Shown in pieces: positions 1-8,586 of a stretch of 64,000 nt of DNA. A program made the position numbers and the translations under genes. Source of the DNA: a virus. A model generated the notes under the pieces. That model ran no database searches, was not told where the DNA came from, and saw nothing but the letters and a program-made list of their open reading frames with translations. Within the stretch, counting starts at the first letter, position 1. Every line of letters begins with the position of its first letter. The stretch is taken from IMG/VR virus record IMGVR_UViG_3300001200_000001, positions 1 through 64,000 of that record; one strand, 5' to 3'.

Positions 1-853
1 AAGCAATTTGTTCATCACCGTATGCTTGATGTTCCAAAGGAGATGCATGAACACGATCCGAAGACACAAGCATATTATACCGATTGAATTCAGCACGATA
101 TGCAGCATTTCCATCAAATGGTTTGTAGGAAATACGAGCACAGCGAGCCGCTGAGACCATGTTCAACAGTTCCTGACCATCACAACCCAGTTCATCTATA
201 GCCCGCTCAGTGTCCTCATCTGGACGTATAATGAGCTGTTGGATGTCTTGTGGTGTGATGTAAGGCATGTGCCATTCACCGGGCTTCAGTTCTTGCACAG
301 TAGCTTCATCGATCGCCTGTTTCACCAAACGTGCTAGATCCTGCAAGTGAGGCTCAGCAGCTTCATGATCACGAAGCCAAAGGAAATTATCCCAGTCAGT
401 TGAAGTGATCAGGGTGTCAATCCACGAAAACGGTTCCAACAAACGGTTGGGGTTTTGTTTGTGGATGTTGAGGCCATCTGGATCGAACAAAGTTTCCACT
501 TCGACAACAGCAGTATCACGAGCACGCAGCCAAGAGGCTTTTGCTTTGATCTCTTCTTCTTTTGTTAGTGGCTCTGTTCCTTGCATTCCGGGCTTATTTT
601 TAGCCCAATGCCATGGAACATAAGGGATTGTTGTTGCTTCAAGCAACATTGTCCGTACAGGTACAGCACGAGATGAACGAGCATTACGGCCAAAAACTCG
701 GTGTGTCATAATCTCACCATGGATTGGTCGAGGATAACGCATTCGAATCGTATAGATCGGCTTATGGACAGATGAATCAGCAGGTTGGGAGGCCAAGATG
801 ACCTCCACCTGCATTTGAGGCTGTCCAGGATGGGTATAAATCTCATTTCCCAT
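1..853 (-). CDS. thyX: flavin-dependent thymidylate synthase (ThyX-like), C-terminus cut by window edge
   Basis: Not in ORF track because it runs off the window. Manual minus-strand translation from ATG at 853 (GGAG upstream) gives MGNEIYTHPGQPQMQVEVILASQ... It contains the ThyX-like motif HGEIMTHRVFGRNARSSRA (RHRx7S-like) and stays open to position 1. Confidence 0.6.
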   Translation of the reverse strand, partial: MGNEIYTHPGQPQMQVEVILASQPADSSVHKPIYTIRMRYPRPIHGEIMTHRVFGRNARSSRAVPVRTMLLEATTIPYVPWHWAKNKPGMQGTEPLTKEEEIKAKASWLRARDTAVVEVETLFDPDGLNIHKQNPNRLLEPFSWIDTLITSTDWDNFLWLRDHEAAEPHLQDLARLVKQAIDEATVQELKPGEWHMPYITPQDIQQLIIRPDEDTERAIDELGCDGQELLNMVSAARCARISYKPFDGNAAYRAEFNRYNMLVSSDRVHASPLEHQAYGDEQIA

Positions 854-1286
854 TCTTTTTCTCCTCAAAGTAAGCCAATGCTTTCAGCAATTCTTTTTGA
901 CCAATCTCAGCGAGATCAGCAATTGAATACTTACATTGCTTAGGTTCTGGACGATCGTCGATGATCACTTCCTGCATGCGGTTATGGACCAACATGGCAG
1001 TCGATGATGCAATCAACATGTAATGCGGAATTCCGGTGTCAGAATCTAGTTCTTCACCATCCTTTAATGCTTTACAATGACGTTCAATGGAATTGATCAA
1101 TGAGCGGTAGCTGAGACCTTTTTCAAAGTTACGGGCGGCATATTTATGCTCACCCAAACCAAGACCTACAGCTGCAGCTACAATGAGCTCGAATGGGACC
1201 AGATCAGTATTGATCTTAGTACCAATACTGGCACGCATAGCACCAGATTTAGTAGTATTGTGTTTGGACATATTAATCTCTTTCAT
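843..1286 (-). CDS. putative nucleotide pyrophosphohydrolase (DUF5664 / MazG-related family)
   Basis: ORF 843..1346. The likely start is ATG 1286 or 1271 (AAAGAG SD), downstream of the upstream gene stop at 1315. The segment GEHKYAARNFEKGLSYRSLINSIERHCKALKDGEELDSDTGIPH fits, from memory, the phage dATP/dGTP diphosphohydrolase N-terminal family pattern. Confidence 0.5.
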   Translation of the reverse strand: MKEINMSKHNTTKSGAMRASIGTKINTDLVPFELIVAAAVGLGLGEHKYAARNFEKGLSYRSLINSIERHCKALKDGEELDSDTGIPHYMLIASSTAMLVHNRMQEVIIDDRPEPKQCKYSIADLAEIGQKELLKALAYFEEKKNGK

Positions 1287-1314
1287 GATTGGAGCCGTCT
1301 TTCCGGCTGTCAGA

Positions 1315-1770
1315 TTACATCCGCAAGATACCTGAGAGGATCTCAAAGGATTTTGAGTAACGTTGGTTTAATTTATCCCGACGTATATCTGTCATGAAGC
1401 TTTTATCTCCGGTCATATTGACCAGATTATCAGCCCATTTCACTTTTATAGCAGATCGATTACCAGAAGCTACAATCTCCATGATGTTCTCTTCATATGA
1501 GAGAGAAGTGTCTTTGGTCAAAAGCATTACCATTTGATACACAGGAGTACCAAAAGAAGCTTTGATCAGGTCACTATCCATTGGAGTATCTTCAATCACA
1601 TCATGAAGAAGAGCAGCAATTATCTCGTCTTCTGTTGGATCTGGAATAGCTTCTGCTACCGCAAGAGGATGAACAAAGTACGGTAAATTGCCGTACATTT
1701 GTCCTTCATGAGCTATAGTCATGAATTCAAAGGCTTTAGCTACTCGTGGGATTTTTAGGAAGAGTTGCAT
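1315..1770 (-). CDS. HD-domain RelA/SpoT-type hydrolase (small alarmone hydrolase-like)
   Basis: 151 aa. AHEGQMYGNLPYFVHPLAVA ... AALLHDVIEDT ... FG..V..MV..LTK matches the (p)ppGpp-hydrolase HD domain signature (HDxxED). Confidence 0.65.
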   Translation of the reverse strand: MQLFLKIPRVAKAFEFMTIAHEGQMYGNLPYFVHPLAVAEAIPDPTEDEIIAALLHDVIEDTPMDSDLIKASFGTPVYQMVMLLTKDTSLSYEENIMEIVASGNRSAIKVKWADNLVNMTGDKSFMTDIRRDKLNQRYSKSFEILSGILRM

Positions 1771-2035
1771 GATCTAGTTCCGGTTTGTTGAGTACCGCAA
1801 CAACTTCATTACCATCTAAAAGAACAGTATCTCCGAAAGAGTTTGTTGTTACGCTTGTGAAATGTCCGAGACATTCTTTAGAATAATCAGCCATAGATAC
1901 TGGTGTCTCCGAAAGTCCAGAATCTTTGGCCCATTTATCCGCGGCACGTTTTTGAGTATCTGTCCAGCGACGAAGACATCGTGCATTACGACATTCAGTA
2001 GCTGAACAGAAAGTCATATCTTTATAACTGATCAT
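1736..2035 (-). CDS. hypothetical protein, Cys-rich N-terminus
   Basis: 99-aa ORF in the operon; N-terminal FCSATECRNARCLRRW cluster; no family recognised. Confidence 0.55.
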   Translation of the reverse strand: MISYKDMTFCSATECRNARCLRRWTDTQKRAADKWAKDSGLSETPVSMADYSKECLGHFTSVTTNSFGDTVLLDGNEVVAVLNKPELDHATLPKNPTSS

Positions 2036-2044
2036 GAGATTCTC

Positions 2045-2551
2045 CTATGAGCGAGCGGTTACAGGTCGATCTTCTTGGTTCTGGTATTTGCCATCCCCAT
2101 AGTCGCCAGATTCAGTCAGTAAACCAAAGAGAACTTGAGCAATTCCTTGGCCACCAACAATGTTGACTTCTTCGTTACCATGGAACACCAACTCTAATGT
2201 CAGAAATCCATTCCAACCTGGTTCAATGACAGTGTTGAAAACTGACAGTCCTTGGCGAGCCCAGGTTGATTTGTCTTTCACACCGCCAACAAGATTGTTA
2301 GGCATTTGAAATTCTTCGATCGCTGATGCAAGACAAAAACGACCTTGACGGAGGATGCTTTGATTTCTTTCAGTCACCAGAATACCTGGTCCACCTTTCG
2401 GTGTGTTAGGAAAGAAAGAGATGTTTTGTTTTATCCGAATATCATATCCAGCTTCTGCAAGTCCGTGAGATGTTCCTTCAAAACGTTGTTTATCTGTAAA
2501 CATATCTTTTATTGGTGCTGCTTTAAGTAGGCTATTTCCATTGATGAACAT
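2045..2551 (-). CDS. dcd: dCTP deaminase / dUTPase-superfamily enzyme
   Basis: 168 aa. GYDIRI and VIEPGWNGFLTLELV motifs are typical of Dcd. Confidence 0.8.
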   Translation of the reverse strand: MFINGNSLLKAAPIKDMFTDKQRFEGTSHGLAEAGYDIRIKQNISFFPNTPKGGPGILVTERNQSILRQGRFCLASAIEEFQMPNNLVGGVKDKSTWARQGLSVFNTVIEPGWNGFLTLELVFHGNEEVNIVGGQGIAQVLFGLLTESGDYGDGKYQNQEDRPVTARS

Positions 2552-2578
2552 TACACTTTTCCTTTTGTTAGTTTCTTT

Positions 2579-4000
2579 TTACGCCAAGGAGCATCTTTTT
2601 CCCCAATCACCAGCCATAATCGATCCATAAGGTTGAATCTCATCTATAACAGTGGCCAAACCCATTTCATGCATTTGACGTTTCACAGCCGGACCATCTT
2701 TATATGCAGAAGGTAATTCTGTGATATCAATATTACCGGAGAAGAAACGTGCATCAATTCCATTAGTTTCTTTTAAAAAAGTTTCCATGATGAATGACTG
2801 TTCGTTTTTAAGAATGTATTCATCAGTAGCTTTTTCTGCGTAAAACTCATTTCGTAATTGTTTTTGATGCTGTGTTCGAGACACATTACGACCAGCTCCA
2901 TGTGGAGCAAACCCTAAATTAATATCGGTACGGGTTCCTTCAATTAACAATACAGGCTGTGTCATGTTTAATGGGACAATTTGAATACCGTTAGTGTCTG
3001 GAAGAAAATCTTTATGGATTGGTGTGGCTCCTTTAGCATGGTAAAAAAGATCATCAGTGTCACGAAAAACAAAGTTATGTTCATTCCAATGACGTTCTTT
3101 TACTTTAGCTCCGATTAAATCTGCTGCTGCTGTGTGTAAACAAGAATGGTTGGCTTTAGTCCATTTGCGGATTATTTGTAAAGCTTCCCAGTAATTTTCA
3201 CCTTCTTGAGATTCAGCAGGTATCCAGGAATTTTGCTTTAATACGCCTACAGCTAAAGCCCGAGTCATTTTTTCAGCTACTTTCATGCCGTTAACATAAA
3301 GAAGTGCTCCTGGACCACGAGACCCATGATGAGTTACTAAACAAGTATTTCCTTCTTGATTTACACCAACAAAAGCAAAATGATTACCATCCCCTTGAGT
3401 ACCCATGTGCTCAACAGCTAATTGAATAGCTTTGTTGCTTGATAGAAATGGATTTGCTTTCATTGCATCATACATTTTTGGGGATAATGAAAATCTATGA
3501 CCATTTTTTCGGCCTCCTGGACCGAAATGCGTCACTGTTTCTATAGCATCTAGTAAAGCTTTAGGGTTTGTACTCTTAAATTCTGTGACTGCCATAGAGC
3601 AACAAATATCTGCACTATGCATACCAGGGTGTATAGAGCCTTTCGAAGCGATAACTCCACCCACAGGAATAGTACCAATAGGACCTGCAGGACAAGCATC
3701 AGGCATTACAACACCTTTCTGTACAACAGGTGTTTTCATGACTTCTGTCATAGTCTCAATGACTTTACTTTTGTTATGAATTTCTGAATCTGTATTGGCT
3801 TCTAAATTTATAATTAACTGAGGAGAAGATTGTAACTCCATTCGAGGAGCTGGTTTATTTTCGTCAACCCAGGTCTGTAAATTGAAAGGGGTGATACGAG
3901 TTTTTGTAAACTCAAAATTGACAGTTTTTAGGGCTTCACCGAATGCAGGTCCTTCAGGGAAACCTGCATTTAGTAAATCACGACCAGTAAAGTGTGACAT
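2579..4000 (-). CDS. rtcB: RtcB-family RNA 3'-phosphate/5'-OH ligase
   Basis: 473 aa with RtcB metal/GMP-site motifs: DACPAGP, HPGMHSADICCSM, GTQGDGNHFAF, HHGSRGPG, PHGAGR. Confidence 0.9.
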   Translation of the reverse strand: MSHFTGRDLLNAGFPEGPAFGEALKTVNFEFTKTRITPFNLQTWVDENKPAPRMELQSSPQLIINLEANTDSEIHNKSKVIETMTEVMKTPVVQKGVVMPDACPAGPIGTIPVGGVIASKGSIHPGMHSADICCSMAVTEFKSTNPKALLDAIETVTHFGPGGRKNGHRFSLSPKMYDAMKANPFLSSNKAIQLAVEHMGTQGDGNHFAFVGVNQEGNTCLVTHHGSRGPGALLYVNGMKVAEKMTRALAVGVLKQNSWIPAESQEGENYWEALQIIRKWTKANHSCLHTAAADLIGAKVKERHWNEHNFVFRDTDDLFYHAKGATPIHKDFLPDTNGIQIVPLNMTQPVLLIEGTRTDINLGFAPHGAGRNVSRTQHQKQLRNEFYAEKATDEYILKNEQSFIMETFLKETNGIDARFFSGNIDITELPSAYKDGPAVKRQMHEMGLATVIDEIQPYGSIMAGDWGKRCSLA

Positions 4001-4010
4001 GATATTTCCT

Positions 4011-5234
4011 TTATTTATGATCTGGGATCAAATAAACATTTCCATAGAGACCAGATGGAATGTGGTTATTACGATCTGGAATAATCCAAATTGAATCCCA
4101 TTCTGGTTCTTTTGGGATCGTAACACAAAGATCAGTAAAGACCACAAGAGCTTCGGATCCAAGTTCAGCAGTACGTTTATATACTTGTTTCAAGCATGTA
4201 CCACCACCAGCATTCACTTTGATTTTAGTGTATGGTTCTTTGTCTGTGAAAGTTTTTTCCAGAACAATTTTGGTATCAAAAAATAAGACTGTCAATTTCG
4301 CCGGATTCAGTAATTCTTTAATGGTTTTTACTGATTGGTGAAACTGAGTAGCTTGCTTTTGTGAGATCGAACCAGAGACATCTAAAGCGTATGTGAGGTG
4401 CGTCAAACGATTTGCGTGACCTCTTTTAGGGAATCGACCTGGAAGACGCAAAGGAGAGCCTCCTAGCCCGTGTTGACGGCGATTTGGACGCATAAATGTT
4501 CGTTTACCGCCAGACAGCGGATCCACCAAATAGTCTTTAAAGATGTCTTGATAGGTGGCGCCAATGACCAGAATTTTTTGTTGGCTGATTTCTAATGTGA
4601 TACCTGTACTGCCTGTATGAGAACCGGCTTGTTTACCGAGGTTTTCTACATCTTCATCAGCTTTTTGTTTTTGCTGATCAAGAGTAGTGCCTTGGCCTTT
4701 TTGATCGAGAACTTCTTCAATCATTGATTCAATCTGCTCAGCAGATACATAATCATCAGGGATTTGAGGTGGTTTGTTTTTATCAGTCTTTTGGTAGATC
4801 GTATTATAGACCTGTTCAGTTGACTGACCTTTATATTGAGGATCTTTACACGGATCTGTTCCATCAAACGTAAAGCCATCATCTTCTAAAGCGTTGTTAA
4901 TGACGTGATCCGCAGCAATATTATGTTGATACGGATCACACTCTTTACCACGTTCAAGGTGACGAAGAATCAAGTGCCAAACTTCATGTGCAATGACTGT
5001 TTTTCGAGTTTCTTCCGGAATCGAGTCAAAGAAGTCAGGATTGAAGAAGATAAACCCATGGCCAGCACATGCAGTTGGAATCTGTCGAGACCAAAAGATT
5101 TCAATGCTGGCCAAATAACGAGCCATTCCTACGAAACGAGAGTCTTCAAGTGCTTCTTCAACAACTTGTTTTAAAGAAGCAGCTGCCCAGATGTTTTGCT
5201 GAGCAAGTAGTGGTTGTTCATTTGAAAAGCTCAT
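4011..5234 (-). CDS. vWA-domain protein with N-terminal HExxH metallopeptidase-like domain (N4 gp25-like)
   Basis: 407 aa. HEVWHLILRH zincin-like motif in the N-terminus; C-terminal LDVSGSIS MIDAS-like vWA motif; sits next to a MoxR-type ATPase as in N4. Confidence 0.75.
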   Translation of the reverse strand: MSFSNEQPLLAQQNIWAAASLKQVVEEALEDSRFVGMARYLASIEIFWSRQIPTACAGHGFIFFNPDFFDSIPEETRKTVIAHEVWHLILRHLERGKECDPYQHNIAADHVINNALEDDGFTFDGTDPCKDPQYKGQSTEQVYNTIYQKTDKNKPPQIPDDYVSAEQIESMIEEVLDQKGQGTTLDQQKQKADEDVENLGKQAGSHTGSTGITLEISQQKILVIGATYQDIFKDYLVDPLSGGKRTFMRPNRRQHGLGGSPLRLPGRFPKRGHANRLTHLTYALDVSGSISQKQATQFHQSVKTIKELLNPAKLTVLFFDTKIVLEKTFTDKEPYTKIKVNAGGGTCLKQVYKRTAELGSEALVVFTDLCVTIPKEPEWDSIWIIPDRNNHIPSGLYGNVYLIPDHK

Positions 5235-5278
5235 AGCTTATCTCCTAATAAGATCCAAATATATCACATGCGTTTAAC

Positions 5279-6457
5279 TCAAAAGGGAGCCTCTTCCTTA
5301 TCCTCCGGAATCGCAATTTCATCGACTTTCATGCGTTTCTTAATATCAGAAACCAGACGTTGATCGCTTGCAGTGAAGCCAAGCTTCTCAGAAATGATCT
5401 GAGTGAATAATGCACGATGTTCCCCATCGAACCGGTTCATATACTGCATGAGTTTATCACGAGTATCTTCATCAGATTCGATAAAGTAATCAGCAACAGA
5501 CGAAGTCATAGAGGCTTTGCCCATTGTAGTACCAGGAATACGAGTAGAACCCGGACTTTGAGCTGCATCCCATGGATATGGCAACTGCATTGTTTCATCG
5601 TAGTGTTCTTTAAACGCTACGGCTGCCATAGAGCCTACCGCGGCAGTCATCAGATTCAGAGATGCTTGTGTTAGCGGAGTACCGGATGGTGCTTGATCTT
5701 CTGGAATAGGAATTCCAGCTGCATCACGAGGTTTTTTGTTTGAAGCTTTAGCTTCTTTCTCATGACGATTGACAATTTTGAAGACCTTACCCCAACCACG
5801 AGGAGTGGCGTAAGTTTCGAGTTCTTCACGTTTGTCGGCTGGGACAGTGCCCAACAGCATGTCTCTGTATTTTTCGATAAACTCAATTACAGTTTCATTC
5901 GCATTGGTTTCAGGCTCACGAGCCCAACGTATCCAATCAGCTGAACTCACTTTCATTGAGATAGGAAGCATACGAGTAATCAATGTATCTGGAAGAGGGC
6001 GTGCGATTGCAGAATCTTCTGAACGGTTGCCGGCACCGACAATCAATGCTTTTGGGTGAACTTTTTTACCGCCTACACGGTGTCCCAGAAGCAGAGAATA
6101 AATTGCTGCCATAACTTCTTCAGTTGCAGAAGAAAGTTCGTCCAAGAAAATCAGCCAACCTTCCATTGGATCCCCATCTTGATCTAACGGAAGGCTATCA
6201 CCTTCCATAGGGAATGTGTCGAAAGGTGTGTAAGTTGCTTTCATAGTTTTAGGATCGATTTGAGGCAATCCTGTAAGGTCTTCTGGCAACATTTGGCTTA
6301 GACGAATGTCCAAAAGTTTGAGGTTAAATTCATCAGCCACTTGAGCGATGATGTCAGATTTGCCGATACCTGGTGCGCCAGAGAGATATGGAATCTCACC
6401 GATTTTCAGAGCATCGACTACAAAAGCTTTCGCTTTGCGAGGTGTAAGCTGTTTCAT
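5279..6457 (-). CDS. MoxR-like AAA+ ATPase (N4 gp24-like)
   Basis: 392 aa. Walker A GAPGIGKSD and Walker B LIFLDELSS; paired with the vWA gene. Confidence 0.8.
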   Translation of the reverse strand: MKQLTPRKAKAFVVDALKIGEIPYLSGAPGIGKSDIIAQVADEFNLKLLDIRLSQMLPEDLTGLPQIDPKTMKATYTPFDTFPMEGDSLPLDQDGDPMEGWLIFLDELSSATEEVMAAIYSLLLGHRVGGKKVHPKALIVGAGNRSEDSAIARPLPDTLITRMLPISMKVSSADWIRWAREPETNANETVIEFIEKYRDMLLGTVPADKREELETYATPRGWGKVFKIVNRHEKEAKASNKKPRDAAGIPIPEDQAPSGTPLTQASLNLMTAAVGSMAAVAFKEHYDETMQLPYPWDAAQSPGSTRIPGTTMGKASMTSSVADYFIESDEDTRDKLMQYMNRFDGEHRALFTQIISEKLGFTASDQRLVSDIKKRMKVDEIAIPEDKEEAPF

Positions 6458-6498
6458 TTGGTTGATCCTTCGAAATATTAAAACCGAAGGAGAAAGAT

Positions 6499-6723
6499 TT
6501 ATTCGGTCAATTCAACCAATTCCTGTAACGTATATCCTACAGGATCTATCATATCTTTCATAAATACAGATGCTGCCATGGTGTGATTAGGATTATCTGA
6601 TGTACCAATGTAGATCAGATCATTTCTATCCTCAGGCATAAAATCAGAATACCATACGATTTTTGTTGCATCGTTGTAGAAATAGTATTTATTAGGGGTG
6701 TTTGGTGAATTTGGTTTGGCCAT
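6499..6723 (-). CDS. hypothetical protein
   Basis: 74-aa ORF filling the gap between the RNAP II large subunit terminator and the AAA+ gene. Confidence 0.55.
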   Translation of the reverse strand: MAKPNSPNTPNKYYFYNDATKIVWYSDFMPEDRNDLIYIGTSDNPNHTMAASVFMKDMIDPVGYTLQELVELTE

Positions 6724-6740
6724 GTTTTTTCTCCTTGTTG

Positions 6741-6778
6741 CAAAAAGTATCCCCGTTTCCTTGATTGGAAGCGGGGAT
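6741..6778 (-). terminator. intrinsic terminator after RNAP II large subunit gene
   Basis: 7-bp stem ATCCCCG/CGGGGAT (6749-6755 / 6772-6778). On the minus strand it is followed by ACTTTTTGC. Confidence 0.55.
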
Positions 6779-6786
6779 ATTTTGTT

Positions 6787-7965
6787 TTAAGCCAAGAGAT
6801 AGTTGCCTTGCAAGATCGTGTTACGATCAATTTTGCCAACTTTCCGGGTATTAAGAGTACGACCTGTTACTTGGGAAGCCATTGATTTCAACAACTTAGA
6901 GTCATTAATATCTGCCAAAATGGTATTGTACTGCAGACGTAGAGCGTTGCCGTAGTTTGGGTGACAACGGAAACAATCATGTACTGAGACCAATTCAAAA
7001 GGCTCTTCAGGAAGAGTTTTGATCAGCTGAGCAATGACCAATGGGTCTACGATACCCATCGTATCCTTATACAAGAAGTCCAGAATACGAACTGACAGGA
7101 AACCGGTTTCTTTGTAATGATCCCAGAGTTCTTTGACTTTGCCGGCTGAACGTCCAGTTGTGCCAGTATCATTCAAGTTGTTGATGACTCGAGTGATAAC
7201 GTTCTTATCGAACATACAACGACGGAACATCTCTCGTACCACCATCCCATCAATTGAGTGGATAAGGTTTGGACCTAGACCTTTGTGGAAGTCAGGACGC
7301 TCATTTACCTTCACTGGAACGGCAAATTCTTCATTCAAGAATTTGAAAGAAACCAGTTCACTCTTTTGAGTTTCGATGCAGGCATGGAAGTTGTCTGGCA
7401 TCACCCAATCATACGTTGAACCAGGGATTTCATCCCAAAGTTCTTGTAGGCTTAGGTTAAGATCCCATGCACCTGGCGCCATAGTTTCCATGGTTTCATA
7501 GAACATGTCGACGTTATCACCAAAGGTAAGCTCTGGCATGGCTACTGAACCATACAGAGATGTCATGATGGCGGCTTTTACTTCTTTACGAGTTAAGGCA
7601 CCATGAAGTTTCATGGAATCGTAAATCTCGACATAGCTGTCTACACATCGAGTTGATACGCCACCGCAAAGGTTCCAGCTGGTAGGACATGAAACCAATA
7701 GAGATAGGATCTGTAGACCAGAAGAACATGCATCCAAGGAAATCATGTATCCGGATGGCTTGCCGGCAACTGTGTCGAGGTAGGCTTGTACAGCAGCACG
7801 TAAACCAATCGAATCGGATGCTTTGCTGAATGTTTTATCATCAGTGAGGTCGAGCGTATCGAAATGTTCAATACGTTCATCCCAAGTTGCTTTTTCAAAT
7901 GCTTTATCGTTTTTGCATGCGATTTCAGCTTTTAGGTATTGAAGTCCGGTGAGTTCTTGAAGCAT
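6787..7965 (-). CDS. T7-like RNA polymerase II, catalytic (large) subunit (N4 gp16-like)
   Basis: 392 aa. LDACSSGLQILS matches T7 motif A (DGSCSGIQ). TRKEVKAAIMTSLYGS matches motif B. VHDCFRC matches motif C (HDSFG). Confidence 0.85.
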   Translation of the reverse strand: MLQELTGLQYLKAEIACKNDKAFEKATWDERIEHFDTLDLTDDKTFSKASDSIGLRAAVQAYLDTVAGKPSGYMISLDACSSGLQILSLLVSCPTSWNLCGGVSTRCVDSYVEIYDSMKLHGALTRKEVKAAIMTSLYGSVAMPELTFGDNVDMFYETMETMAPGAWDLNLSLQELWDEIPGSTYDWVMPDNFHACIETQKSELVSFKFLNEEFAVPVKVNERPDFHKGLGPNLIHSIDGMVVREMFRRCMFDKNVITRVINNLNDTGTTGRSAGKVKELWDHYKETGFLSVRILDFLYKDTMGIVDPLVIAQLIKTLPEEPFELVSVHDCFRCHPNYGNALRLQYNTILADINDSKLLKSMASQVTGRTLNTRKVGKIDRNTILQGNYLLA

Positions 7966-7987
7966 TGGTTTTCCTTGTAATTAGAGT

Positions 7988-8164
7988 TTATTTGCCGCGG
8001 CGTTTGTGATCGAGCACTTGCTCAGTAGATGAGGTCAAACCTTCATCTACGAATTCATTGTAAACGATGTCACATGCTTGATCCCAGGTAACAGTTTCAG
8101 TCACTAAAGATTGGATTTTCTCTCGAATGACATGTTGTCCGCGGTAATCGGTCTCTTTGTACAT
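7988..8164 (-). CDS. hypothetical small protein (58 aa)
   Basis: Below the ORF-track cutoff. Manual translation gives MYKETDYRGQHVIREKIQSLVTETVTWDQACDIVYNEFVDEGLTSSTEQVLDHKRRGK. Its ATG overlaps the upstream stop (TAATG), and an AAGGA SD for the next gene follows its stop. Confidence 0.45.
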   Translation of the reverse strand: MYKETDYRGQHVIREKIQSLVTETVTWDQACDIVYNEFVDEGLTSSTEQVLDHKRRGK

Positions 8165-8586
8165 TATTTGGTCCTTTTCTTACGTTTTGCGCGAAGTTTA
8201 GCGCGTTTGGATTTTGATGGTGGTGTCTCTGGGCCAGAAACGAAGTTACGCTTGTTGCCCCAGTCTTTCTCTTTTGGTTGTAAAACATCAGGTTTGATGT
8301 AATCCAAATAAGGGTTGTGATGGTACTCATCGATGGTGATCATATCAACACCACGACCAAAGAGAACAGCATCTTGTAATGCTTGTTTTGAGTACCCTCT
8401 AGTATAATGCATGACGTGATGTTCAATTATACCAAAGTCAGCATTTACAAGATCAAATGCTGGTGGCCAATGATGGCCACAGGAGAATCCCCATGCTTTT
8501 GAAGCAGTAGCATATGGTTTTCCCCATTTATGAAATCCTCGACGACAAAGCCAACGACCTATTTTGGCACGTAAAGTGTTATCCAT
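8164..8586 (-). CDS. hypothetical protein with basic C-terminal tail
   Basis: 140-aa ORF between the two RNAP II subunit genes. N-terminal LCRRGFHKWG resembles the small prophage GHKW motif family (from memory). C-terminus is KSKRAKLRAKRKKRTK. Confidence 0.6.
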   Translation of the reverse strand: MDNTLRAKIGRWLCRRGFHKWGKPYATASKAWGFSCGHHWPPAFDLVNADFGIIEHHVMHYTRGYSKQALQDAVLFGRGVDMITIDEYHHNPYLDYIKPDVLQPKEKDWGNKRNFVSGPETPPSKSKRAKLRAKRKKRTK

